Translations under genes and position numbers: made by a program
DNA from: Camelus dromedarius
Taxonomy: Eukaryota
DNA: 64,000 bases
Assembly: GCF_036321535.1 (NCBI RefSeq)
Contig: NC_087437.1
Coordinates: 38,566,001 to 38,630,000, forward strand
Reading direction: 5' to 3'
Notes under the pieces: generated by a model
Told to the model about the DNA's origin: nothing
What the model saw: only the letters and a program-made list of their open reading frames with translations
Database searches by the model: none
Shown here: piece by piece, positions 27,851-40,619 of the stretch
How the letters are laid out: each line of letters opens with the position of its first letter
Position numbering within the stretch: position 1 is the stretch's first letter

Positions 27851-28562
27851 ATTGAAAAATTCAAATTCAAATAGGCAGTGTATTTTTAAACATGGTATCA
27901 AAACACATGTTACCGTCGCCACTTAGATTAGTTGTCATATAATACTTATTTGCTATTATATGAACAAGCTTTGGCATAGCATTTTTCTTAATGTTATTTT
28001 CACATGTAACTATACCTACAGAAAACAATGTCTAATATCAGCGTATTTAAATGATACAATTGGCCAGTAACACCTGATATTGAAAGTACAAGTGATTTTT
28101 TTCATGCCAATAGAAAGTTGTTTGTTTTTCTTTTGGAGATTTGATGGAGAATGTGCTTGCTTTACATAGAAACATTTTTCTTGATTTATAAATATCTGTA
28201 AATATACAGTTCCTTAAAAACAGTTATTGATATGATTCACAAGAACAGTGTAACTTTATTATTAAAAATGGGCATATATGATTTTAAATAGCTTTAAATT
28301 TTGTTACACTTGGATATCATGAATGCTTTGAAGGAATAACTGTAATTGTGGTTGTATAGGAATTTTCAGTTTGAAAGCATAAATCAGGTATCTAGCAGAA
28401 TGAATATAAAACATTGAGAGATGATCCTAAAAACTTCAAAAGAGAAAGACGTAGACGTATTCATAGGAATACTGAGAAATGCAAATTATAGTAATAGTTG
28501 TCTTCCAAATACCAATTCTATATGCTAGAGTATTCAGAATGATGAGGAAGCACTTTTTCTTT

Positions 28563-28610
28563 ATATATCTATATATATATATATATACACACACACATAT
28601 ACATATATAT
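28563..28610. repeat. Compound (TA)n(CA)n microsatellite
   Basis: Direct reading. Confidence 0.9.
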
Positions 28611-30919
28611 CTCCAGTCAATGTATCAGTCAGATGTGAGATTATAAGTATTTTCTTATATGCAAATGATTAAAACATGAATATACCCAGCACCTTTTCTT
28701 CATAAGCTCCAGAAGACATGTCCTAGCCACAGAAAGTGCAAATTAGGAAAAGAAGTTCAATGAGTTATGACTAATGAATACATTTAAGTAATTAATACTC
28801 CAATCAAGACAATATTTCTAACACCATTGGAAGAGTGCATCTAGTGCAGATGTGTCATAAAAGTGAAAAAGAGAATGAGGCAGTCCGAGAAAATGTGGCC
28901 AGACAAAAGTGAGACAGGGAAACTGAGGAATTCAGGAGGAAAACAAAAAAGCCTCCAGGAAATAAATAATCATAGAAAGTCAGAGTTTTGGGGAAAGTAG
29001 ACAAACAAAATGTATTTATTTAAACTATGACAGAGCTAATAGATCAAAATAAGAATTGCTGTTTAGGAAACTCTGCAGGTGAAAAATAAGGTAATTATTA
29101 ACTCAGAAAAAATCAAAACACTGCAGCAGTGCATACATTGCAAGAAAAAAGAATTATGGCACACTGCTTGGATAACACACAGTGAAAGTAATTACTGACT
29201 CATTCAGAGAGCGTGATGTAACAAAAAAGTAAACTGAGAGGGAGAAGTATATTATGTTGGGGTAAGAAAGATAAATGTTCGTTTCTAATTGGTAAATCAC
29301 AAACCAGCCATATAAAATATTATCTAGAAATATCAAGATACATGCCAGAATAACTGTATAACATAATTAGAAGTTGTGCCTCATCATGGTAGGACTGAAA
29401 ATGCAGAAGGTAATATAGAAACTTTATATAGTTATATAACAATTACACAATTACTTTATATCTATGTAGCTATATCTATCTGTCTATCTATTTCTTCAAA
29501 GAAAATAAAATTAGCATAAATCTACCTGGCCATTTTCCGGTACAATTGCTACCATCAGAAAACAGTTGAATTTGATGTTAGCAGCATTTTTTTGATTCAG
29601 TGGCTGGCTGACTACTTCTGAGTCCAACCATGGCTTGTTTATTTAGCACACCTGTCAATCTTAACATTATCAATTTGGGTAGTCTCTTCCTTTCTATTTC
29701 ATTTCAGCTGCAGACTTCAGTGAATCATAAAAAATAACTGTTAAACAAGAAAGGATAAGGAATCTCTGAAGTACAGTAGTTGAACAATGTTAAAGAATAA
29801 CTGCAGTAAAATGTTACTAATATCAAAACAACTTTGAAAAATATGGATTACTTCTTAAGTGATACTCCATGCTATTTAAATAAGTGAAGGAAAAAATTGT
29901 GAAAATTGCTATCATTAAAAATTGATGTCACCAGAAAGTTTTTGAATTGGCATTTTCTTTTAAAATAGTATGAATAATATTTTATCTCATGTTTAATCAT
30001 ATTGGAAAAACATCACCAATAGTAGATACACCCTCATATCAGAACCATTCCATTTATACTAGAGGACATGAATATATCAGTCTATATTCATGAAAAACAG
30101 GTATAAATCAGTCTACATTAAAGTTTGTGGTTATAATATTGAAGGGTTTTTTTTCTGACTTTGTGTCTAAATTCTTTTGGCAAAGAACTCTTCAATTTGT
30201 TGTAATATAACTGGAATTTATATGCACAATTTAAAGGCAAGCATAATTAAATAATTACTACTAAATAAATAAAACCAAAAGGATTCAAATGATTTTATTG
30301 CAAATCATTACCAAAATTTTACACTAAACAGAGGATAAGTAAGTACTAATTTGTAATAGCTGAATAAAGAAGAACATTGATTCCCCAACACCTAAAGGAA
30401 ACAATAAAAGAAAGTATCTCAGAGTAAATACACAGATAATATATTCTCTTGCTTGTGTTTATAACATTTGCTGTTTAAATAAACCTATTTAGTGACAAAA
30501 GACATATAATATAATGTGTTTGAACAATGCACTTAAGTACCTCAATGCTGGCCTCCTGAGGTTGCTGTATAATTGGCATTTTCAAATTTGGAGGAAACGT
30601 GTAACATTGCACTTTGTCAAACTCTAAGAGAAATATACATATATAAAGAAAATCTTTGGCCTTATGTAAGGATATGATCATTAAATTTTAATACTTTATA
30701 GGCTTTTCATAGAATGCATTCTCAAATATTGAATCCATTGCTATATAAATATTTTTGTTTAAGAATATTGTGTACATATACATGTTTAAGTCCAATAAGT
30801 TCATATTTGAAGTTTGTGATTATATATATTCACTTTATCTGTTTTCCAAAGTAAACTCACACTATTTAAGGGAAACCAATATTTCTAAAAGTTTAAAATA
30901 ATTTAGAAAAGAAAATAGG

Positions 30920-32725
30920 CAATTTCAGTGATAGTGAGGATGATCAAAATTTTAGCATTAAAACTTAACACTTAAGTTTCCAGAATCTGTTTATTGACTC
31001 TAATGGGACTAAAAAGAACATTGAATACAATGAGACATCTAAGAAACCCCAATTATTGGGAAATTAATCAATTCAGTTTTAAAACCTCATGGATCAAAGA
31101 GAAAATTTTAAAAATGAAATTAGAAAAAATGATAATGGAAACTAGAACATACTAAAAAATTTTGGCATACAACTAGTGCATTGTTTAGAGGGAAATTTAT
31201 ACCCTTGAATGCTTATACTAGAAAAGAAGAAAGGTCACAGAGTAATTAATGTTTCCCACTAAAGCACCTAAAAAAAGAAGAGCAGAGTACACCAAAGCAG
31301 AGAGGGGAAAATAACAAACATAAATCAGGAAATCAGTTAAATAAGAAATAGTCCCAAAAAGGAAGAAAATCAATCAAAAAAAGTATTGATTCTTTGGGGG
31401 GAAAATAGCAGGCATGAAGGAGAGGCCATCACTACAAATCTTAAACTCATGAAAATTGGAAGTTGATATTAATATTAAAAACTTTATTTCAACAAATTTG
31501 ACACAGATAAAATGAACAAATTCTTTAAAAAATACAACTGCAATCCATTCTGGTACAAGGTGAAATGAAAAAGTATAATAGCCTGATATCTATTTAAAGA
31601 AATTGAATCATTATGAAAAAGCTTCACCTAAGAAATGAAACTCACACTCAGATAATTATTTTGCAGAATTCAATCAACCCTTAATGAAGTAACACCAATA
31701 TTACACAAACTCTTCCAGAAAAGAGGGTGTTTTCCAACTTCATTTGTGAAGCCAACACAACCTGATATAACTTACAAAATAAGAAAGTTACAGATCAATG
31801 TCCTTCAGGAAGATATAAGCCAAAATATTGGTTAATCAAATCCATAAATTTATAGAAATGAATACAGCATAACCAAATAGGGTTCATCCCCACAATTAAA
31901 GGTTGATTTATATTTGAAAATATATTGCCACTTGCTAAATTAACAATATGATGTAGAAAATCATATAATCACTTCAAGAGATACAGAAGCACTAGAAAAC
32001 TTCAATCACCCTTAAGGATAAGAACATTCAGCCAAATAAGAATGAAAATAAGCATCTTCAATCTGATAAAAGACCTCTGAACAGCTGACATTGTACTTAA
32101 TAGTGAAATATTGAGCCGTTTTCTTAAGCTTGAGACTGTAGCAAGGATGCCTTCCCTCATCATTTGTATTTAATATTGCACTGGAATTCGTAGTCATGGG
32201 ACCATGGTAAGAAAAATAAACAAAACGATAAAGAATGGCAATAAGTATAATTATCTCTAGTGACAGATGATGTGATTGTTTATATGCACAATTCTTAAAA
32301 ACAGATTCACAACATAGCTACTAGGACTAACGAGTGAATTTAGTAAAAATCGCAGGATGCAAGGTAAAAACACAAATTTGATTGTATTTGTATATATTGG
32401 TAGAAATTAATTTGAAAAATAAGTGGAAATTTTTCAATTTGTTAAAGCATCCAAAAATAAGATACACTGGAATAAATCTAGCAAAGGTCATGCAAAAGTT
32501 GTGAACTGAAAATTGAAAAGCATTGATTTTTGAAAATTTTTAATTAATTTTAATTTCAGTCAATTTTTAGAAAAAGTGGTTATTTTATATTAATGTATTA
32601 GAAGATTCAATAGTATTTAAATTTTTTTCTAAGTTAGTTAACAAGTTCAATACTATCCAAATGAAAATCACATCAGCATTCAGTAAAAATTTTATGTTTC
32701 TAAAATTGATATGGAAATCCAAATG
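30920..32725 (+). mobile_element. Old L1 ORF2 remnant (L1ME/L1M5-like)
   Basis: catggatcaaagagaaaatt, tttagagggaaatttatacccttgaatgctta, gcaaggatgcc, gacagatgatgtgattgtttat (decayed RT ADD motif). Confidence 0.85.
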
Positions 32726-32729
32726 AAGA

Positions 32730-33127
32730 ATTTCTCATTAGCCTAGGTTTTTGACTGACTACATAAGCAGAGGCCTTCCCTCTGTTAACTCACAATATGG
32801 GATAAGCATAAAAAATAAACAAAAAGCAAAATAAAACAAAAATCTTTTATTGTGGAAATGACTCATGTTTGGGAATTAATACTAAAGGATAGCCTAGTAC
32901 ATCCTGTTTTAAAGTTTGGTACAAATACTGAGGTTGTGACATAAAATAATCCTAAAATGTGTGATATTAGCACATGATCAGAATATAGGAGATTAGTAAA
33001 CTGCTATTAGGGTTCAGAAAATAAATACCAATGCTAGGCAGTGGAAAATATTCCATGTAAGTCTAATCTATGAAAACTTAGAAAATGTTACCAATAGTTG
33101 TGTGACTTTAGATGGAGAGGTTGAAAA

Positions 33128-33189
<62 letters not shown>

Positions 33190-34060
33190 TAATAATATGC
33201 TGCTTGTGTTTGACAGTATACAGCAAAGAATTGGCTGGTGAGCAAGAAACAATGGAAGATATTATAGAATAGGTAAATGCCAGGACTGATACCTTTCAAA
33301 GAAGCAACTGCTTCTCAATTGCATCCCATAATATATAAATTTGAGAAGCACCAGCTTTGAACAACACCAGCTGATTAAAACATTAAAACAGTTTTCAGAA
33401 AGTACCGACACTATGAACAATATTTTAGCAAGTATCTCAGAGTAGAGGTCCAACTAAGGATATGGGGCCAAATAAATAGAACAATGAAAACAAAAATGGT
33501 TTAGGAAGGTGAGGAAGAAGGTGCATGTTTCTCAGTGAATCATCATAAGTCTCAAAAAAAAAAAAAAACCCCAAAACCAACCTCTACTGAAAGATTGTGA
33601 CTGTTTGACTTTAGTGGCCCTTGAGACTCCTTGCCATTTATAAGGAGAGAATGGACTAATAAAGATGTTCATCCTTCAACAGACATACACTCTAAAGAGT
33701 GTATCAGATGAATCTAAAATAAGATTATTAAAGAAGAAAGCATCTCCTACAAGAAGGAACCAGGTGCCATGGAGCTCACTGGGTGAGAAAACAACACCAA
33801 GTGCAATTCCTATGCTTAAATCAAAGAAAATCCCCTAGCCCTAGACTGAAGGACCCTAAAAAACTTCTGCCCAGTGGAATTACAAAGCTGCTGTGTATCA
33901 ACGACTGCTGTGTGTCTTCCATTCTTTCTCTTTTTCAAAAAGAGGTTTATTGCAGTTATCCAGTGCTTTCTCTATAATGACTTATCGACTCTGTAGTAAA
34001 TAGATAACTTGCTTTGGCTTGTACCTCGTAAACCTCTGGACTAAGAAGAACCAAATTAAA
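32730..34060 (+). mobile_element. MaLR LTR end plus internal sequence (MLT1-int-like)
   Basis: tttggtacaaatactgaggttgtgacataaaataatcctaaaatgtg resembles the MLT1 LTR/internal boundary. Confidence 0.5.
33131..33196. repeat. (AAT)n microsatellite
   Basis: Direct reading, two interruptions. Confidence 0.95.
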
Positions 34061-34999
34061 TTTTGGTATCTTATTCAAGATACCAAAAAAAAAGTAAGTT
34101 AGTTACATAATAGGAGCTCTTGGAGCACAAGTGAAGAGGACTTCTACTGAGGTGCAAGAAATAAACACAATTTGTTTATAAAACCTTTCCAGCATATTGC
34201 ATTCACTGTTATATAAGTAAATAGATATTTCACAATAAACCAATTGTCAATGTAAATTTGATTGGTAATCTCCTTTCATATAAATGTATGAATTCAGTAC
34301 AAGTCGCCCTGCATGTTATATAACAGCACAAGCATTTCTCAAAAGAAATAGAGAAGAAAGACCTTGCAAACGTCTAGTTAATATAAAGGTCATTTTTTTC
34401 TCATTAAAAAAAATAAGCTATACAAATCAACTAACACCTAATACAAAATAATGTAATTTTAATATAGCTGAGGGTAGTAAATTATATGTCAGGACTTTCG
34501 AAAAGTAACTAATCAAATTAGCTTTTAAAAATACAAAGGAAAGATGATTATAATTCTGAATATCTCCATAAGGTGAAAAATCAATTATCATAAAATTTAA
34601 AAATAATAATCTTATTAAAATTCAAGGAAAATTTTTACTGGAAATTATCACACACATATATACAAACCTACTGAAGATTGAGTGGAAATTAGTTCTGTTT
34701 ATTGTAGCAGCCAGTCTTACCCATATGACTCTCAAGTAACAGACTTTACTAATTGCACATTAGTTTATAGAACCCAAGAGAAGCAAATCAAACCAATAAT
34801 TTAATTAATTACTATTAATTAAATTAATTACTATCTATATATATCAATTCACTGAGGCTTTATCTACAATCACTATATTGTCAATTGAAGGTAATTCAAT
34901 TAAAGATTTCTTTTCCACAATCTACCAGTTAGATCATGAAATTGATTGTTATATTGATAATGCAATTTTGAACATTTTGAACATTTAGCATGTTTCCAA

Positions 35000-35175
35000 A
35001 GACTGTATTTTGTACTTCATGTTTATTATTATTTTTGCTGGTAGCAACCCTTAAATAGAGTTATATTTTTATCTCCATTTTACAGATGAGAGAGGTGGGA
35101 CACAGACCTTACCTTGCTCACTGTAGTAGAAGTACCATTTGAGTAGCCAAATTTGAATCCTAGCAATTTAAAAAT
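35000..35175 (-). mobile_element. MIR
   Basis: atctccattttacagatgaga...aatttgaatcctagca. Confidence 0.75.
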
Positions 35176-35189
35176 ACTATCTTGTACTG

Positions 35190-35737
35190 TAACATAGGTA
35201 AATACACATTGCAAACCAGTTTGGAGACAAGTTTGGCAATTCACTACCATGAGAATTGAAAACATGTGTTAAATAGGGTTATGTGCTCACATACATAGAA
35301 ACTTTATTTATAGTAACCAAATATTGGAAACAACACATGTCATCACCAGGAAAATGGATAAACAAATGTGGTGTATCTATACAATGAAATACTGCACATC
35401 AATAATAGGAACAAACTATTGCTACATTCAGTATCATTTTATTGAATAAAAGAAGACAGAGAAAAGATTGCCTATCACATTATATATTTTATAAAATTTG
35501 GAAATTCACAATCAATTCAATGGTGGCAAAATCTGATCAGTTTTTGCCTAGGGATGGGATAGAGAGAAGAATATATTAATAGGGCCACAAGAATCTGCAG
35601 AGTTTGATAGAAATGTTTAATACTTTGAGTATGATGATGACTTAATATGTTATAAATATGTAAAGAAACACCAAAATATACAATTTAAATATATGCAATT
35701 TACTGTACATAAGTCAAACCTCATGAAAGCTTTAAAA
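35190..35737 (+). mobile_element. L1ME-like 3' end
   Basis: aatggataaacaaatgtggtgtatctatacaatgaaatact...aacctcatgaaagc. Confidence 0.8.
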
Positions 35738-36149
35738 GGATTAAAGGGTTTAGGTTTACATGAGATCTGATCTGTGACATATTAAAAATTTCACACTTTA
35801 TTTTCTTGAAACTTTTCATTTATTGGGAACAAAAGATGACAGAGATGCTGTGCATGACATAGTTATTATAGTAAAATAATTAGGCCTTTGACCCACAAAG
35901 ACACCATTAAGAGTTTAATTCCAAGTGTTGTGTTTTCCTAAGACAGGGATCACGTAAGTCCCCCAGCAGTTTGTCTTGCCACAGCAACATGTATTGTATG
36001 GAAACACAAAGCAGTGAGGACCCCCCTGAAGCACAATGCATTGGGGTGTGTTCTGGAAGTGCATGTAGCTAAACACTTCTGTATTTTAAGAAGTGAGAAA
36101 GAAAGCAGTGGGGTAAAGATTGCAAAGGTAAGAAACAATCATAAGGAAT

Positions 36150-37500
36150 CTCTTATTCCATTTCTAATTTCGGATCTATTTTGGAGTTAACAGAGACCAT
36201 TGAATGATTTTAAGCAGTGAAATAAAATAACTCAACTTGCATTTTAGTTAGAGTACCTAGTTTGCAGTTGGGAAGAGATATTTGGTGCGCCATTTCTGGT
36301 CATGTGACTTCACATGATAATACTATGCACTATGATAGTAAATACTGTTATCCAAGACACTATGAGACCATAAGAAACTGCAGAGGGTGGGCATAGTCCT
36401 TATATTAAGTTGACTCCACAGAACCTAATGATAGATCTGAAAGAAGGGATAGAATGTGCAAGAGTAGTCTAAATTGCTTCCATAATTTCTGGTTTGAGCA
36501 ACTTTTTAGTTTATGGTGTTGTAAGTTTATATAAGAAATAGTGAGGACAAGCATGTTTCACATTTGGCATGTCTAGTTTCACATCATCTATGGGAAGGCT
36601 AGGAGAAGATATATAATACTTAGTCATGTATTTGTCTGGAACCCAGGATAGCCACCTGCACTAGGGATTCATGTGGGTTTGTCACAAGTTGTGGGTTCTG
36701 GCCAGCAGAAGTCCCACCAAGACGGAATGAATTACTCAAGACTCTGGGGAAAAGTCAAGAGAGCAAGAGGGAGTCGGGAGCCAACTCCAGGAGCCTCTCA
36801 AATCTCTCATATTTATTGAGTACAGTTGAAGCAGGAATTTAGGGAAGGACAGGGTGGGATCACAATGAGTACAAAGGCTTTGTTTATTGTTGGTGTTTGG
36901 CTCAAGGTTAGAAGACCCTTTTTGGTGAATCATAATCGTGTTGAGCCTTTCAGCTTATCAGGGTGGAATGTATGAGAATCAGCTGCTTGACAAGATTTTC
37001 TTGGACTCATGTGGCAGTGTCTGTCTTAGGTTGCCCCCTCAGGGGATCTTACCCTTCATTGGCTAACCAGCCTTCTCACCTCTGAGTCTGCAGCTTCTTA
37101 CCATTCCAGCCCAAGGCTGTTTTGGGGATAGAAGACTAACAGCAGGCTCGCCCAGCGTTTATAGCTGGGGGCCTGGGTCATTGGTAAAACCTCAAGGCAG
37201 GTACTAAGCACATCTTCTTTAAGGAGGTAAGTGGCTGGGATTGTTACAACTTGCTAACCCAATCATGGGCTCCCACAGATTTGGACTTAGGAGGCTTCAG
37301 AGTATGATTAGTAAATCAAGGAATGGAAGAAATAATCAAGAGAGGCATTTTAGACTGGGGAGAATGAGAGAGAGTGACAGAGAGAAACAGAGACACTAAG
37401 GGAGAAAACAGGAAAGGGAAAGAAAAGAAGAGGAATCAGAATTGCAGATTGAGAAGGAATATTCATAGTTAATAAAAACTGTACAAAACTGGTTTTACAT
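36150..37500 (-). mobile_element. L2, interrupted by the LTR at 36672-37277
   Basis: gaccattgaatgattttaagcag, tttctggtttgagcaact; resumes after the LTR (gatttggacttagg...). Confidence 0.7.
36672..37277 (-). mobile_element. Solo endogenous retrovirus LTR, 606 bp, probably class II (ERV2/beta-like)
   Basis: Termini TGTGGG...CCCACA. Flanks gattca (36666-36671) and gatttg (37278-37283) are consistent with a CpG-decayed 6-bp TSD. Minus-strand AATAAA at 36812-36817, TATAAA at 37158-37163, CCAAT at 37180-37184. Confidence 0.85.
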
Positions 37501-38577
37501 AAGCAAAACAGGAGAAAGTAAAGACCAAAAATTTTACTTACCTAGCAGCTTAATTTTAAGTTCATAAGCATCCAATATTTATTCAGCACTAGGCATTTCT
37601 CTTCACTGAGGGTGCAAATCAATTGACAAAATTTTATATTCTGTTCAGTAGGAACTACTTGAAAGGCATCTGAGTTAGTTTACCCAGTTTCAGGATCAAA
37701 TGTTCTCTGTTCAAGGAGGTGGTAAATAATGACAAAACAACAACAAAACAACATACACACACAAAAAAAACAAGAACTGAATTGGGAATTAGTAGGTAGG
37801 CTAAAAACAAGTCTCAGAAAATAGGTTTCATATTATTTTATTTGTGGACAAGAAAATAAAAAAATACTCTAACTCATTATACTATCCTAGTCTTTATTTC
37901 TTTATCAACCTTATGTTACAATTCCAGGCACCAAAAATATACCATAAAAATGAGGAAGAGCCTCTAAGATTTTGTAAGTATTTGTTATATGGTTTGTATC
38001 AATTTATTGTTTTATATCTCAAAAATAATTTACATTTTATAAAGCTCTATTTTTGTGCTATCTCATATTATCCTAATGACAACTAGGTAATTAGAATACC
38101 ACTTGTTTTTCGTTTTGTTTTAGGTGAACAAATTGAAGTTTCAGGGGCCCTAGGGAGGTGATTAAGATCTTAATTCTGGAGCTCAGTACTTGAAGATTAT
38201 ATAAGAACAATAAGGGTACAAATATTACTCATATAGACTCCCAATTTATTCAAGTTTAAGGGAAAAAAGAAAGTAAGCAAAAACTATACTAGTACTCATC
38301 ATGGATTTCCCAGTACACATCTTATTAGTTTAATGATTCTTTGAAAATGGACATTTAAAGCAGGAAACACAAAAGATATGCTGTAAGGAAGACTATGGAG
38401 GAGTTATGTATAGGGGTGGGCATGAATCATGCTCACCATGTAGAAAAGTGCTTGCTGAGCCTTTGAAACACTGCGTGCAATTAGCTTATTAGAGGCATTT
38501 GCAAAATCATTATTTGCCTTGCTCTTGTGTCTGCATTTCTGCTTGTGCTCCTCAACTTGTGACTTAGTGTTAAAGAC

Positions 38578-38606
38578 AGATAGATAGATAGATAGATAGA
38601 TAGATA
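38578..38606. repeat. (AGAT)n microsatellite
   Basis: Direct reading. Confidence 0.95.
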
Positions 38607-38679
38607 TGTTAAAAAATATGTGGATTTAAGTTTAGAATCAGTCTTCAGTATAGCTCATTTTTCTTCTGATATATTCCAG

Positions 38680-39165
38680 GCTGTTAAATTAGGATGATGT
38701 TGAAAGAGGACCAGAATAACATTTAGGTTTTCCCTTTCTGGATGCCACCTGTACTTCTTCTTATATAAGCTTGGGTAAGGCACTTGAATGTCCCTGAGCT
38801 TGATTATTTTTAATCCATATTTTGGGAATACAGTAGCTGCTCTGAATATTTCACAGGGCTATACTAAAAATCAGATGAGATAATGGATGAATCATTAATG
38901 CAACATATAGTGGAAGCAACATGGTATACTGGTAAAGAGTGCAGGCTGAAGAATCAGATTCTGTGTTTAAATACTGATTTTACCACTTTTTAGCTGTGCA
39001 CCCTTACCAAGTAACTTAGCCTCTCTCTGCCTTAGTTTCCTTATCTGTAAAATCAGTCTGTTAGTAAAATAGTTCTAATTTTATGTGACTATGAGAAGAA
39101 AAGGAAATAATCTGTACAATGTTCCTAGAACTGTGGCTAGAATACAGCAAATATTCAAATGTATG
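38680..39165 (+). mobile_element. Two adjacent MIRs (second near full length, 38912-39165)
   Basis: caagtaacttagcctctctctgccttagtttccttatctgtaaaat core. Confidence 0.85.
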
Positions 39166-39665
39166 ATGGTAATCATAATGATGACAATGTGCCAGACACC
39201 AGGATACAATGAGGAATTCACAATTCTTTTTCAATAGGAAACCTAGAGAGACACAAAAACTTAAAATTATAATGCTGAAATGATATTTCTAAAATTTAAC
39301 TTATAAAGCCTACTTGCAAATGTAAGCTTCCTTGAATGATTTGTGTTCTAAATCAAGGTGTGAGCATTTGAGCCACCTTCAGGTGCTTTCTTTTGACAGA
39401 ATCCCTAGGAGACTATGGTATGTGATGCAAAGGTCCAGGATTTGTCTCATCCAACTTTATGTTGAGATATCCTCATCTGTAAAATGAACTTGCTAAATAA
39501 CATGTTTTCTTAGGTCTATTACAGGCTAAAATTTAATGCTCTAGTGATTCTTTTGTGTATAATTCTACATTGGAGAATGCAATCTCAGCGACTTTAAAAA
39601 TATGACCGAATGTAGTAACAGTGGGTGTGAATTAATGACTTAACTCCTGAAATACTTAATATCAG

Positions 39666-39755
<90 letters not shown>
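39666..39755. repeat. Compound (TA)5(TG)10(TA)30 microsatellite
   Basis: Direct count. Confidence 0.95.
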
Positions 39756-39759
<4 letters not shown>

Positions 39760-40272
39760 AAGATACTCATAGGGTAAAAAAAGGGAAGTTCAGTTAGCCT
39801 AATTATTTGGTACTATTGAAAACTCTAATTTATTCATCATGCGTGGGTTGACTGGCTTGCTGGGAGAGTCCCACATTATTCCCTTTGTTCTGGTACATTT
39901 ATTATCAGTGCCATCTCATTCTCCAAAGTGTTTCAGTTCACATGTAAAATATATAGTCACCTAATTTATAATTTGAATGCAACTTTTAAAGAAATCCTTA
40001 TTAAGTCAAAGCAAGCACCTATGTCTTGATATGGTGCATTTTTACAGCTAAAAATTGAATTAGATGAAACTGGGCCTAGTAAAGGAGAGTGCAGTTTATT
40101 CCATTAAATGAAAGTGAGTGTAATTTTGAGGAAATTGAAGCTATGCAATGCTCTTAGGATTACTTTGCTTATAATGCCTAGGGTACAGTAAGCATTATTC
40201 AGATGTTTTATGATCATGATGACAATGATGGTGATGATGTGCCAGAAACTAGGATACAGTGATTAAGAATTT

Positions 40273-40426
40273 GGGGGGGAAGGATATAGCTCAAGTGGTA
40301 GAGCGCATGCTCAGCATGCACAAGGTCCCGGGTTAAATCCCCAGCACCTCCTCAAAAAATAAATAAATAAATCTAATCACCCCCCCCCCCACACTGCCAC
40401 ACACACACACAAGAGAAAGGAAAAAA
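40273..40426 (+). mobile_element. tRNA-derived SINE, camelid Vic-1 type
   Basis: tRNA-Ala-like head with A box TAGCTCAAGTGG and B box variant GGTTAAATCC, (AAAT)n, C-run and A tail. TSD aagaatt at 40265-40271 and 40427-40433. Confidence 0.9.
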
Positions 40427-40619
40427 AAGAATTCACAGTCATTTTTTTCAATAGGGAATAAATGAATGTGAATTCAAGATTTCACCCTTGAAATATTGAA
40501 TACTAGCATATATCTTTAAAAAGATGCTCATACAACATGAATAAAGAGAATAAGGAGAATACTTGATAATTGTTCTAATTAGATACTTCACATAGTAATC
40601 ATAATTCAGCAAGCCCCTG

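Noticed and set aside
33108..33299. ORF with poly-Y/L/I runs resembling a membrane segment
   Set aside because: Translation of the (AAT)n microsatellite
40273..40350. tRNA-Ala gene
   Set aside because: SINE tail, TSD and mutated B box indicate a SINE
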